From Octopus bimaculoides (Eukaryota), in assembly GCF_001194135.2 (NCBI RefSeq), contig NC_068983.1:78588633-78652482 (forward strand): DNA of 63,850 nucleotides. Reading direction: 5' to 3'. The notes below the pieces were generated by a model. The model was not told the origin of the DNA and ran no database searches. It saw nothing but the letters and a program-made list of their open reading frames with translations. Shown in pieces: positions 36,151 through 49,833 of the stretch; positions within the stretch are counted from its first letter, which is position 1, and the number at the start of each line of letters is the position of its first letter. The position numbers were made by a program, and so were the translations under genes.

Positions 36151-39100
36151 AAATAACAACGATAATATAACAAACTGTTAATGATGTGGATTAAAAAATA
36201 TCTTTAACATATGAATATAAAAAAATTACAGAAGACTCCTACAAATTACAGAATTACAGAAGATTGAGATAAAAATGATCGAAATCAACAAAGTTTGCTC
36301 ACTCATAAAACCATTACATGCAAACTACAAGCTAATTGGTTAAAATAAAGGTGGGAGCTATACCAGTAATATCGGTGCACCTGGCAAACCATGACATTTA
36401 AACTACATACAGATTGGTCAAAACCGTATTTGAAAAATTCAACTTGTCAGAGTCTTCAAAAAGATATAAAAAGCAAGAAGTCATTCATTTTACTACAGTT
36501 GTTAAGAACTCAACTATCAGTTAAATACATTTTAAAATTTGATCATTACTACGAACGTATGAAATTGCTAACTGAACTTTATGAACATTACAAAATATTT
36601 TTTCAATGTTTAACAAACTTCAACATCGTAAAACATTTTTTCTTAAATACAATAATAAAATACATGAAAATCAGACCATGTTGTAACTTTATTCAACTGA
36701 TATATTATTCTATACACATTTACACAACTTCAGTGGATAAGTATATACATATAGGCGCATGTACGTGGGTGTGCGGGCGTGCATGTGCTTGTATGGACAT
36801 GTGCACTTAAGCAATTACTATGAACATTTTTACTCCCTTAACTTTACTCCCTCCCCTTCTTTAGCAGTCATTCTAACAGCTCTTTTGTCTTAATAACGGT
36901 CAATCACAAAGTAATTTCCCTTTGTTTAACGGTCATTTTTATAGCATTTTTTCGATGGCCCGATAACTGAAGAGATGACGGCGTGGCTTTCTGCCCCAAT
37001 ATCCAAAACACAGAGTTTTATCATGGCTACCGAATAATTGTCACATATTATATTTACAGATAAATTCCTCTATTTACATATTGAGGTCTCTTTCATTCTT
37101 TTGTTGTCTTGCCATTTCTATCAATATATATATATATATATGCATACTAACACACACATGTGTGTGTGCGTGTGCGTGCATGTGTGCATGTACATAAATA
37201 CATACACGTGTCACTTAAAAATAATCTAGAACTAAGTTGATGAAGACAAATTGTTGTTTAAGTTGAGCACTTAACAGAAGAAAACTAGTCTGCTTTCCTG
37301 AAGATCTATTACTGTCATAGATGTTTAAGCCTTCGACAAGTAAAATTGAGTTTAATAGTGCCTTGAATCTAGATCTTGTCTTCTGTGCCAGCATTGTCTC
37401 CTACAGAAGCAATCTCTTATAAATCAACTCCAACTGCACTTTTGATTTCATCTTAACTATGTCTCATGTTTTGTTCTATTTTTCACATGCAATTGTGATT
37501 ATTGCCTTCACTTTTTATTTATTCATTTTTAGAAAAACAGAAATGAAAACGAATTCACTTGAGATTAAAAGATGCCAAAGAAATATAAACATGCTATATT
37601 TTACCAAAATTTTCACCTTTATAAAGCTACCTACAGAATTGAGTTTTCTGTAGAACAATTTTAATTTTGCAAAGTCTAAAATTATACTCAATAAGAACGA
37701 ACAATATTATTTTTTACTTAATTTTTTGATTTTTTTTTTTTACTATTGCCCATCTCTTAATGGCACTACTGCTTTATTGCAAGAGCAGATATAGAAACAG
37801 TCAAAAATATCTTACAATATTTAGATTAATATTTCATATGTCTGAGTTCAAATGGTCATATTACAGGCGTCTGACATTACTTCTTATTCTTTTACAGAGG
37901 GTTAATAAAATAAACACCAGTAATATATTGAGGTTAATTCAATTTGTTTTATCGATTTAAATAATAAAAAGTAAAACAAAATAAAGGTCTAGTGGATCAA
38001 AAAAAGAAATCAAATTAAAACATTACACTTCTCACATCTTTCTGTCCTTGAAAGCCTATATGTTAATGGCTTTGACTTCTACACTTCTGTCATGGCTTTA
38101 GTTTTTTTTTCTTTTTTTTTTTTTTGTTAATGACAGTTCAAGCAGGCTTTCCAATAATACAGGTCAAATATAGATTTAAGACAGCTTCGTTATGAAGCTT
38201 TTAGAATATAAAGAGTTTGCTGCAACGTATTATTTCATTAAATTATTTTCCCTTTGTTTTCTGAAAGCTTTTCATTATTGTTATTATTGCTGTTTTCTAT
38301 TAAAATGTGTTACACTGTTTCCACTATTCACGCCTTTTAATAACACTCTACTTTTTTTTTTAATACTGTAAACACTCTGAATGTAAGAGGGCTATTTTTC
38401 TTCCAATTTTTTTTTCTATCTTTTTCTCAACATAATCTCTTTACAGATGAACCTGAAAAGTTAATTCTCAGGTTACCAGACCAAATAAGAAGCTGACAAT
38501 TTCCTATTAATTTCATCAACTCCACTACTTGTTCTTGTGAGACTTAATAGAAATCTCATTAATCACACTTACACACACATACACACACAAAGAAAAGTGA
38601 TAGCATGCTACTTTTAGCTGCAAATGATGACAGGAGGAATCAAATTTCCTGGCCCTCTATGTTAGCCTATTAGAGTAACAAAACCCTCAATGGATTAAAT
38701 CAAGCAGGTGGCAAGTCTGCTTCCAATCATATCAAAAGGTCTACAATAAAAAAAGAAAATGAAAATGAAAAAGTGAAGAAGCAGAATTTTTTTTAAATGA
38801 AATAAAGAAATAACATTACCACTTCAATCTTTCCATAAATTGATAAATTTGAGATATGCCATTCATCTTTTAGTATTAATTTATTTTGTTGTTGTTATTC
38901 CTCATCTAATTTGCTTCCATTACTCGAATTTAGACTCGGGACTAAAGTGGTGGTTCAGTTTTAATTCTTAATGTACAGATTTTTTTAAATTTAGAATATT
39001 CTGTTTGTTTTGTTTTTTTCTTTTCTTTCACCTTGTGTGTGTGACTGACTGACTGACTGACTATGCCTCAGAAATTCAATCAAACTGACTGTTTCTCTCT

Positions 39101-39339
39101 TCACAAAGCTGTTTATGATCTCCTAAGGGAGATAGTTGAAGGATTTCTTTTATTTCCTCAACTAATATAACAACTGTCATTGATCTTTGTAGCACAGTTG
39201 AGATTTTCATATTGAGAATACAACTGATCTTGTCCTTAGTGGAAACAGATAAATCATTTGCTTGTAATAAAACAGATCAATAAAATGATCTCTTATCTGC
39301 AAGTCATACACCTATTTTATCGTTGTTCTTTAGTTTCAG

Positions 39340-39545
39340 ATCAGCTTTAACTGAGCTGACTTGTTTATGATCAAAGACATTCCAATCATGACCAACCATC
39401 CCTTAATTTGCTTCCTTTCAGACATAGCATGTCCACAGTGACATTATGTAGTGGGTCCTCTGTTTCTAAAACAGTAGTTTGTGATTTGAGAAAGAGTGGG
39501 CTGCTATTGCTAGAAGGTCAGCTAACAATAGCTCTGCTGTTAGCT
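39340..39545 (-). mobile_element. Degraded CR1-type/SINE 3' tail
   Basis: gtgatttgagaaagagtgggctgctattgctagaaggtcagc and gatcaaagacattccaatcatgacca; the family is recalled, not searched. Confidence 0.4.
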
Positions 39546-40419
39546 CATGACAAATTTCACAGGAATTCAAAGCAGAGTCGATAGAATAAAGCCGATTATA
39601 TTACTAGTAACACAATACTTAATATCTAACACACATATACAAGGTATTTGTTTTGCTAGTTCATGGGCAGGCTGGATTTTAAGCAAAGGAAAATATATTC
39701 TCATCAACACACTTGGTGTTAAAACTCCTGGAAGTCAGTCATAGACAAGCAAGATAACTTGCATAAAGTCCCATTCAAGAGCAATGGACATCGATGTTTT
39801 ATTGTTTTTGTGATTTGTCAACACCACAAACCTGAATGAGGCCCTATGCAAGCTGATTCACCATCTATAACTATGTGTAAAATGGTGTAAAATGGTAAAA
39901 TGATGTAAAATGGTATAAGAACATTAATGTTTTGCTTAGGATTAAACCGAAAAGTAACTAGATAAAAAAAGTTATTTTAAGTATTTGAAACAACAAATGT
40001 TCCCCTTTGTTATCTAAGTGTGATTCCAAGAGAATCATCCTTGTTTGTTGCCTATCAGAATTATGTCTTCTTATATAAGTCTTTTCAAATCTAGGTCATT
40101 TTATAAGGCTATTAACTCAACACCAGTACTTGAATGCTATTTCATTTTATTAACCCCAGAAGGATGAATGGTAAAGTTGACCTAACTAAGCTATGAACTT
40201 ATAACATACGGGACTGTAACTAAATACTGCAAGGTATTCAACCCAGCAATGGAGCTTGTACATGTTCGATCAACCTGCCAAAACCACCATCAAAGCAGAT
40301 TCCACCCCAACTTGAAAAGTATGATCTAGGATAATGTACACTTGGATCATAATGGAGGTAGAGCATAAAGAGAACACAAGGAGAAAGAGCAGCTACTTGT
40401 ATTATAACTAGAGTTAACT

Positions 40420-41217
40420 TACTATTATATGCATTGGTCTGAATATGGTTTTTCTCATATGGGAGTCCAGACTTACAGCATAAGATACAGTGCAAATATA
40501 GACCAAGTCTACCATAGCAACCAGTATACTCATTTCAGGCTAAAGTGTAGCCAGCTCACTTATATCTTTACTTCATTGGACACTAAACTCTACTCGCGAA
40601 GATCTGTTGAGGCAAGTGAATTTGTAATCGAAATCGAACCAAATTCGATGACTGGCATCCATGCCAACCTCTCCTTCATTGGACACTAAACTCTGCTTGC
40701 GAAGACCTGTTGGGGCAAGTGAAATCGAAATCGTAATTGAACCATATTCGATGACAGGCACCTGTGCCAGTGGAGCACTAATAGCACTGTCTGAGCGTGA
40801 TCATAGCCAGAGCATCTGCCTGGTTTCCATGCTAGTGGCCCATAAATAGCACCATTTGAGCATGATCGTTACCAGCTTCGCCTTACTGGCACTTGTGCTG
40901 GTGGCACGTTAGAAAATCATTCGAGCGAGATCGTTGCCAGTGACGCTGGACTGGCTCCTGTGCAGGTGGCATGTAAAAAACACCATTTTGAGTGTAGCCG
41001 TTGCCAGTACAGGGCGACTGGCCCTCGTGCCGGGGGCACGTAAAAGCACCCACTGCACTCTCTGAGTGGTTGGCGTTAGGAAGGGCATCCAGCTGTAGAA
41101 ACTGTCAGATCAGATTGGAGCATGGTATAGCCATCTGGTTCACCAGTCCTCACTCAAATCGTCCAACCCATGCTAGCATGGAAAGCAGACATTAAACGAT
41201 GATGATGTTGATGATGA
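40420..41217 (+). mobile_element. RTE 3' UTR with an internal 103-bp tandem duplication and (GAT)n tail
   Basis: cttcattggacactaaactct starts at both 40571 and 40674; the remainder matches 12250-12810. Confidence 0.88.
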
Positions 41218-42114
41218 TAGAGCAGCTGGAGATTGTTTTTCTGGTATTATCTCAAAAACAGCAGTTAGGATCAAAGCCATTTTGAAGTATGTTAGCTTGG
41301 TAGTCTCTTGTGAGTAGACACTGATCCTGAACTGCTGTAAAGAAGCCTTATGTTCCTAATTGTGTATATTTATGTATAGTAGGGACAAAACCAACAATTT
41401 ATATACAAGTATACAAAGAGAAAGGGGTTAATACATACCTATAGCACTCATATAAAAAGTAGTGTCAGGTTTGTTTAACATTTTTTCAATGTACCTCATA
41501 AATTTACTGGTATTTTTATATTGAATCAACTGTGCATAAGACAAAATAGTAAAGATTTACAAATTGTAAATAATAAAGTTAAATTAAATAATGAACTTAA
41601 ATTGTAAAAACTATAATTACATTATAATGCAATACAATAGTGCTATAACTATTTTGTTACATTTTTATCTTTTCGTTCGAGTTGCTACTATGCACAGAGA
41701 AACATGGCACAGACTTATCTAGATAAATGCAAATCATTATTTATGAAAGGAGCAAATATATTGAAAATAATTGTGTGTTTGCATATGCAAATGTACGTAT
41801 ATACATGTATATATCTATATATATATATAATTATAAAATCTGGTAATTAGTCATATATTAATTAATATCAACTAATTATCAGTAGGCCAGCACATCTAAA
41901 GAATCAAAGAGATTCAGAAATATTATCTGCAATCTCAGGGGATTAAGGTACATTTTACAAAATAACGTCGACCACTAACGTGGACAATTAAGGCGCTAGA
42001 AATAGATCACATCTTGTGTCTATTAAAACCTAAATTGTTCTCAACATGAAATATAGCAGCATACCAAAAACGTGAGTGGGCAAGACATTTAAAATCACCT
42101 AAAGAAGCATTATT

Positions 42115-42180
42115 AAACAGGAACTAGTTTCGGATTTAACAAATTCTTACCGTTTGTCTATTCCTCATCAGCCTGATTTG
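42115..42180 (-). ncRNA. Minimal type I hammerhead ribozyme motif with an intact core
   Basis: aaatcagg-CTGATGA-gga ata gacaaa cggtaagaa tttgtt aaa tcc-GAA-ACTAGT-T-cctgttt; palindromic stem III; GUU cleavage triplet. Confidence 0.7.
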
Positions 42181-43187
42181 TAATGAACCGTAATCATCAG
42201 AATCGTATACAGAGAACTGAAATTCCCACTTCAGTTAAAGTTTCCCACCTCATCTGTGCTTGTCAATTCAGCTACGCCTCCACCCCATCCACAATCACTT
42301 TTTCTTTCCCTGCCACCAATCATCCATCCATACTATATCTCCAGCACACTATCTTACATTATTACAAGGTCTGCTTGCTCCTACTACTTACCCATTCTTT
42401 CCCAACCTACACTTTTCTCTGTTCAATGTGCATGTAATCTACTTTATAGCTTCTTACCAGAGGCAAACACACACACACACACACACAAATATACAAGCAA
42501 TCTGGAACACTTCCTTGCTCCCATCCCCACTGCAACCCCCTGTCCTTTCTTTTCCAACTCCATTTACCTCACCAAATACAACATTATTTCCATATAACCA
42601 ACTCCTACACCACTACAATTCTCATTTATTGATTGAAATCCTTCCCCTGCAACCTCCTATATATCAGACAGACTGAACAACTCTTTTCTGACCAATTCAC
42701 AGAATTTGTAATGACTCCCTTGTTGCATATCATTTCTACACTACAGATCACTCCATTCAGCATCTTTTAATGTTTGGTATTGCATTACACAGAGCTCTCC
42801 CAGTTTCTTCTCACCAATGTGAACAAGAACTCATTTTCATTCTGCTAAATTTCACACCATATGAACTCAATCATTACTATCTTTTATTTTTAACTTGCAC
42901 ATCATTACCTCAAATGCACGTGTAACACACACTTATGCATATGCATCCAGACCAACATGCAACCAAATACACACTCACACAAAATCACCACTTTTTCTGT
43001 TCCTACATGCAGGTGGATATAAACCCACCACTTAAAATGCCTACATATACACACACACATATGCATGTAAATATGTATATAACATGTACATAATATCTAT
43101 CTGTCTACCTATCTAGCTGTCTGTCTATCTATCTATTTAGCTACCTATCCATCCATCCATCAATCCACAAATGCCTAACTGTCAGTC

Positions 43188-43390
43188 TGGATAAGCTTGG
43201 GTTTTCAGAAAATGAAATCAACCAACTGATTTGCACATTATAAATATAATCAATCTGTAAGCGGAAGTGTAAAATATGCAAGACTTTTTACAGGTTTAAA
43301 ATGTGACATTGTTTCCATTATTTATATCCCAAAGATGAAGCTCTGTGTCTTTTTTTTAGAAACCAGCTCCTTCTTCAGAGGAAGAATTTA
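43188..43390 (+). mobile_element. Dong/R4-like LINE C-terminal relic (same family as 2860-3620)
   Basis: LDKLGFSENEINQLICTL...aaaatatgcaagactttt matches 3450-3540. Confidence 0.7.
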
Positions 43391-43561
43391 AATGATTACA
43401 TATATACATGCATGCATACCCTGTTGATGTTGAAATTCCAATGAAGGAGCCTTGGCTCTAGGTTAGAAACCAGCTCTTTCTCTACTGGCAAGAAATCTTG
43501 AAATAAAACTGCATAATGATATACACGCATGCATGCATACATATATACATACATATAGAGA

Positions 43562-43995
43562 GTGAAGTATGAGAAAATTAGGAGGGGGCTAAGATGGGGG
43601 GAACCTGTGGAAAGTGAGAAAGTGTTGCTTTTTATGTGTGTGGTTTGTGGGTGGAGGTATTTGAGTCGTGCAGGCCTAGTGAGCCATCAAAACTCTCGAC
43701 CCATGATAAACAGTGATGTGGCTATTAAAATTCATAACAGAATGTGTGTAAAATGTGGAAGGGTGTGCCTCTCAGTTGGAGGTCTAAAAAGACATGTTAA
43801 GAGAGTGCACATGGTAGCACCTGTTTCTCCTGCCAGCCTGCACAGTTGTCTGGTATGTAATAAAATGTGTAAAAGCTTGGCTGGGTTTAAAATCATATAA
43901 AGGCATTACATGGCAACAATCATGAATCATTTCAGTAAGTCTTCTTGGCAATGGCTTTTCTTGTGCAACGAGGATGCAGCTGTGATACATACATA
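43562..43995 (+). mobile_element. LINE (probably RTE) 3' end encoding three decayed C2H2 zinc fingers
   Basis: CVVCGWRYLSRAGLVSHQ, CVKCGRVCLSVGGLKRHVKRVH, CLVCNKMCKSLAG(frameshift); followed by a short UTR and (TACA)n. Confidence 0.6.
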
Positions 43996-45619
43996 CATAC
44001 ATAGTTTTGTACAAAAACAACTAAAACTCATACTGCAAATAACTCACACACACACACAGACATGTTTGCACACACACACAAATACATGCATTCTTATATT
44101 ACCTATTTTACCATAGCCACCCAACAGAAAACAAAGGATCATTTGCTAGAGTAAGGCGATGCTTGTTATGTTAAACTGAACAGAGAATCAGACTGGCCAT
44201 ACATGATAATGAATTTTGAAAGTAAGTTCTGTGGTAAATGGTACAAATTCATGTCAGTCATTGTGTTGTCAACCTCATACCTCAGACACAGCTAACTAGT
44301 TACCAGGTCATATTTATGTAGTTTATTTGAACTGGCAGTGCTTCCCAGTAACACTGTTAAACCAGATACTTTTGGAAATTGTTCATATTCCTAAATGTGA
44401 AAATGCCCTGGAAAAGGCTGATCAAATTTAATTCATTAATGTTCCAAAATATGCCCCCAGAGCATTTTACTTCCTCTTCTGTATTAAATGCCTGCACAAA
44501 CTGAAGGTAAGTATTCCACCAGGCATATGACTAACTAGAAGAACATCATGAAAGTTTAGCAGAATTTCCAGTGTTGAACATCAATTCTCAATGATGGAAC
44601 TGAGCAAGGCTTACAGCTCAGTGGAAGTACTGCAGGAAAGAGCGCTTGATAAAAGTCATCGTTTGTGTACATCAAACAAAAACTTCTACAGGTGCATGGC
44701 ACAAAATCTAGCGACATTCTAGAAAGAATTTTGGAAGCAGATGGACATTCTGACAAAAGGGACTCTTCAAAAGAAAACAATTACAATTGGAAAGTCATTG
44801 ACTGTAGGTCTTTTCAATCAGAGTTGACTTGAAATGAAGTGAAATAGTGTAATACTTACAATGCTAAACCACGTTGATTAATTATTATTTTTTCACAAGA
44901 GGAAGTGAAACTACTATATTAATATATTCTATACTAAAGTATTAGTATAGAAAGTGAAACCACTATACAAATGCATCGCTCTTATTATTTTGCTCAGGTA
45001 TTCTGCAAATGACCTAATAATATATATTAGTACTTGAGCCTGTGGCATGCTTCAAAATATGCTAACAATTGTTAAAAGTTAACGTATTCAAAAGCAAAAC
45101 ATACAATCAAGAAAATATTCATTAATAAAAGTAAAATTGACTTCCACTACACCATTTTGTAGTAATCAGATTCCAAAGCTAATTCAGACATAATTTCTGG
45201 TTTGGTGTACTCATCTGCCACTACTGATTTGATGGCATTGTCTTTCACAAACACTGGCAGTCATTCCTACTTGTTTTTCTGAGTTTATTATTATAACCAA
45301 CTCAGTATTTTTCAAACGCTTTATGTTCCTAATTCAAACCTCACTGAGAATTTGGAACAGTATTGAAAAAATGTGTTCGTTTGAGCTCTATATATTTTAA
45401 GTTCAAATTCCACCAAGGTCAGTTTTGCCTGTCTTTTCATTTTTGGGGGGGATCAATTATTAAAGTACCAGTCAAGTATTGGAATTAAAATAAATGGCTA
45501 GCAACTCTCTGCTAAGTTTATAATATTGTGACAATGTTAGCAGTGGTTATAATCTTGTGCACATAATACCTAAACCATGGCTTCAATGCATAAAGTTTAT
45601 TGTGTAAATTTGAAACATT

Positions 45620-47100
45620 ATATTGTGATCATAATTGATAAAGTTGAACTTATGGAAAGGTAAAACTCAATGCTGGTGTATCTGTGAGAAGCTTATGTAC
45701 ATTGACAATCTATGAAATAAACAAAATCAAAAATTATTCCAGTTCTTTGCTAATAATGAGTAAAAAAAAAAACAATGAAAGACAGGAAAATCTCAGAACT
45801 AAATAAAGTTCCTATAATTTAGAATATGTGAAAGTACTGAGTTGTCTGTGAATTTCAAACAATGATATGGTTTAAAATATAAAATAGTAATAAACAATGG
45901 ATTCAATGGCTGCATTTGTTGATATGTTTATCAAATTAGTTTCTGATGACTAATTAAGCTCTGAGATGGTCTACCATACCAATGATGCCACCCTATGTCA
46001 GAAATATACTCGAAGAACACTCACTCTGACAACTGAGGATACAGAATCACCCTCAAGTTATAAAGCTGAAAGATTGCTTCACTGAGTTGGACTTGTTTAA
46101 TGCTGTATAATTCTATGATAATAGGTAAAAGTTTATGACTGAAGGCCTTCAAAGACATGACAGTTTCCAGTAGTTTATCTTGCCAATAAGATGGGATGAC
46201 AAACAACTAACATAAAATTGGAATGGTTTGAAAATTATTTTGTACCTGAAATAATAGCTCACTGTGACTTTATGGACCACAACTCTAAGTAAGGGTTACT
46301 TTAGACAACTGTTTTGCACTTACATTAGCAAAACTGATAGAAAATAATGTTTTTGTTATTTACTTCTTTCTAACTGTGCATCATAAAACTCGACCACTTG
46401 TGTTGGAAGGCAGCACTGAAGTTAACTGTCTTCTGACAGTTATAAAAACAATAATTCATAACTATTCTAACAAAACATAAAAGAATTCAGTGTTTCAGAA
46501 CTAGTGACCATGTACAGTAAAATAGCTAATTGAAATTTTTTTCCTGACTTCTGTGTTTTAAACACTATTGTAATAAGTAATTACAACTGTAGAAATTGAT
46601 ATATAAACATTCCTATCATTTTCAATTAGTTGAAAGGATAACATTTGAATAAGATTAAATCAACAAAGGTAAATCCAAATATAAACGTTGTCTTTCATAT
46701 GTTATGCTTCTCTTTGAAAACCATCAGCTCCTCAATTTCGTACTAAACAATGGCATAGTAAGTTTACTTATGTCTAAGAATCATTCCTTGCTTATGAGAT
46801 TCCTGCTGAGTGTAGTTAATACTGACAGACAATCACAGAGACTTTTAAAGAAAATTAATAAAAGAGATATGGCTTATTACATTGCCAATACTTGGAAGTC
46901 TGTGGAGGCATCCACACTGAAAGATGAAAGGCATAAATTCTGGCCAGGTTTTACACTTAAATCTGCACTTGCTGAAGACATTACAAATGATTTTACAGAA
47001 TTTTGGATTTCAAAAGAAAAGTAGATAATACATGAGCTAATTTTTTTGCTCCTGATGCAACTAATCCTGCTACAAGGATCTTGCACTGAGGATGGGTGAA
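45620..47100 (+). mobile_element. pogo/Tigger (Jerky-like) transposase relic
   Basis: IDKVELME..LNAGVSVRSLC (HTH), IGKSL*LKAFKDMTV, LDNCFA..LIENNVFVIY, KKINKRDMAYYIANTWKSVEASTLKDERHKFWP. Confidence 0.7.
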
Positions 47101-47929
47101 GATAATAATGTTGGAATGAGTTAATGTAGATGATGGTGCAGTTGTTGTTCATCATTTGACTTACTCAGAAATCAGGCAGATGTTTGTAAATCTTGAGAAA
47201 GATGGTAGTAAAGAAGAAAGCAGTGGTGAAAATGAGAAAAATGTAGCCAAAACAATCTCTATTGACAGATGAATTCATTTGACAGGTGAGGAGCTAAAAG
47301 GCCCAGAGCAATACAGCTTTATAACTAAAGAAGATATAATGAATATTTACATGCTGCAGGATAAAATAAACTAAGAAATGCTAAAATGTATGAAGCAGCT
47401 TTGCTTAGAGGACAAGTTTTAAACAAAATAAACGAATCAGTACCATCAACATGCCCACCAAGATTTATTGCATAAAAGTGTGTGTGTACATCATATATAT
47501 TTTTTTCTTGTTGCAAGGTCAGTCACTGATCGCCATTTAGCTTTTTATATATTGAAAACTGGAGCAGATTCCTGCTATCTCTAGTGGTTGGGTGTTCATC
47601 CCTGAAGACAAGCACAAATAGCCTGAAGCTGTCATCTGTTAGAAGACAGTAGGGATTCACTCCCCTGTTGCAATATATACCAGGTGCAGATTGCATCGAT
47701 AACCAGCTTGCAGAGGTTCTGCCTGGGGTTAAACAGTAGTAACATCGAACAGCCATATTGTTGTGGCGATAAACATTACTTCTCAGTATAGTTGTTACTT
47801 TCATCCCTTATTGAGATTTCTAACTCACTACTTTGCTTATTATATATATATATATGTATGTATTGATCGTTGGTAAAGCATAAATCTGTGAAAGAAGCAC
47901 ACTCTAAGTTATAGAACAGTATAGTATAA

Positions 47930-48460
47930 AGATATGTAAGGCCAGTCTTAAAATCTGCAGAGGATAATTGCATTACAAGAAAGAAATGTTGAAAAATAGG
48001 CAAAGTGAAAATACAAATTCAAATAATTTTTCACTATGCGACAATGATTTAATGTATGTGCAAAGAGTGGTAGTACCAACTGCACTACAGAAACGTGCAT
48101 TGCAGGAATTCCACAGTGGTCTCCCAGAAATGTCGAGAATGATAGCCTTAATGAGGAATTATGTATATTGACCGACAATGGAAATTGTGTAAAATCATGT
48201 AGGGGTTGTGCACGAGCAACCAAAGCACTACTGGTAAAATACCAATCATGGCCTGAGATGGATAGTTCATGGTCCAGAGTACATATCGACTCCGCTAGAC
48301 CAGTAAACCAAGCATACTTTCTAATTATTGTTGATAGCAGCCAGAAGTATGCAGGTGCAATAAACCAACCTCAAACACAAAAATAAAGTTCTTGTACTAA
48401 TTATTCGCCCAACACAGTGTTCCAGACACGTTAGTATTAGATAATGGAACACAATTGAAC
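47930..48460 (+). mobile_element. Gypsy/Ty3 integrase relic
   Basis: RVVVPTALQKRALQEFHSGLPEMSRMIALMRNYVY, VKSCRGC, WSRVHIDSARP..YFLIIVDS, LFAQHSVPDTLVLDNGTQ. Confidence 0.9.
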
Positions 48461-48564
48461 TGGACCAGTGAAGCAAGCGTAATTTCTAATTGTTGTTGAT
48501 AAAAGAAGAATCAAATTAAAAATGTTAATCCAAAATCACAGCAAAACCATTACATTAATCACCA

Positions 48565-48968
48565 TCATCATTTAACATCCTCTTTCCATGCCAGCATTGG
48601 TGGGATGGTCTGACATGGAACTGGCTAGCAGGGAGCTGTCTAGACTCCAAGTGTTTGTTGTAGCATGGTTTCTGCAGCTGGATGCCCTTCCTAACACCAA
48701 TCGCTTAACTGAGTGTGCTGGGTTCTTTTTATATGCCACCGGCCTAGGTGCATTTATGCAGCACCAGCACTGGCACCTGTAAAGAACAAGCCTGTATGTG
48801 TAGAAGACAGTGATTTTACTTGGTTTGATGTATCTTATCAAGTACAGCAAATCACCACATCTCCTTGTCACTTCCTCGGTGAGGCCCAGTATCAAAAGAT
48901 CCTTTCTCACCACTTTGTTCCACATCTTCCTGAGCATATCCCTTCCACAGATACCCTCTACATTTAGC
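48565..48968 (-). mobile_element. RTE ORF end plus 3' tail
   Basis: LNVEGICGRDMLRKMWNKVVRKDLLILGLTEEVT, then gttaggaagggcatccagctg...gcatggaaagaggatgttaaatgatgatg. Confidence 0.85.
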
Positions 48969-49780
48969 AACACCTAACTTGCATCACTTCTTGTGCCAGC
49001 AGTTTGATTTTGATCATCAACCATGATTTGCAAAAATTGCATCAAAGTTTTCATGAGCTGATTACACATGCACCATTCTGACAATCCACTAAATTTCAGA
49101 TTTAAGTTTTCCAGTGGCTGGTATGCTGTCGTGCAGCTTTTCTCCAGAAGAAAATGGAGCAGGAGAAAGAATGAATAAAACAACAGAATCATATTGTAAA
49201 TGTTGCTTCAATACGTTATTGGTCAGCAGCACACATTTCAACTAAATTAAGAGAATAATTAAGAGATGAATTAAGAGAATTCTCTGCTGATCACCACTTT
49301 TATAACTAGCTATAACTGGAGTATTGTTATGGCACTGAGATCGATAATCTCCTAACAGCATTTCGTCTTTTACTATTTGTTCCAAAATGGCTTCCACTGC
49401 ATTTCAAAACCCATTTGTTTTAATGTTGGTCAATTGCAAATAATTCCAACAATTTATTATAACTTAATGTTATAATGTCTTACATCTTCTTTTGACTTTG
49501 ATTACTCAAGTAAAAATGAATTTTTAATTCTTTGGGCCTATTAAATTGGAGAGTTAAAAATATAAGAATATTTTATTGAAATATTTTTATCAAAGCTAGT
49601 GTTGAACAAAGTCATCAATACTATATCAAAGGCCAGTTTAAAAATTCTAATATTTTAATGCAATATAAACATAGAGATATAGATATATGCATATACACAT
49701 GTATAATAATTAAGTACAATATGATATGTACGCACACACACATATATATATACATATACACACACACACCTACATACATA

Positions 49781-49833
<53 letters not shown>

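Noticed and set aside
36250-36292. Hammerhead-like remnant after the plus-strand PLE
   Set aside because: Too degenerate: the core and both stems would need multiple repairs.
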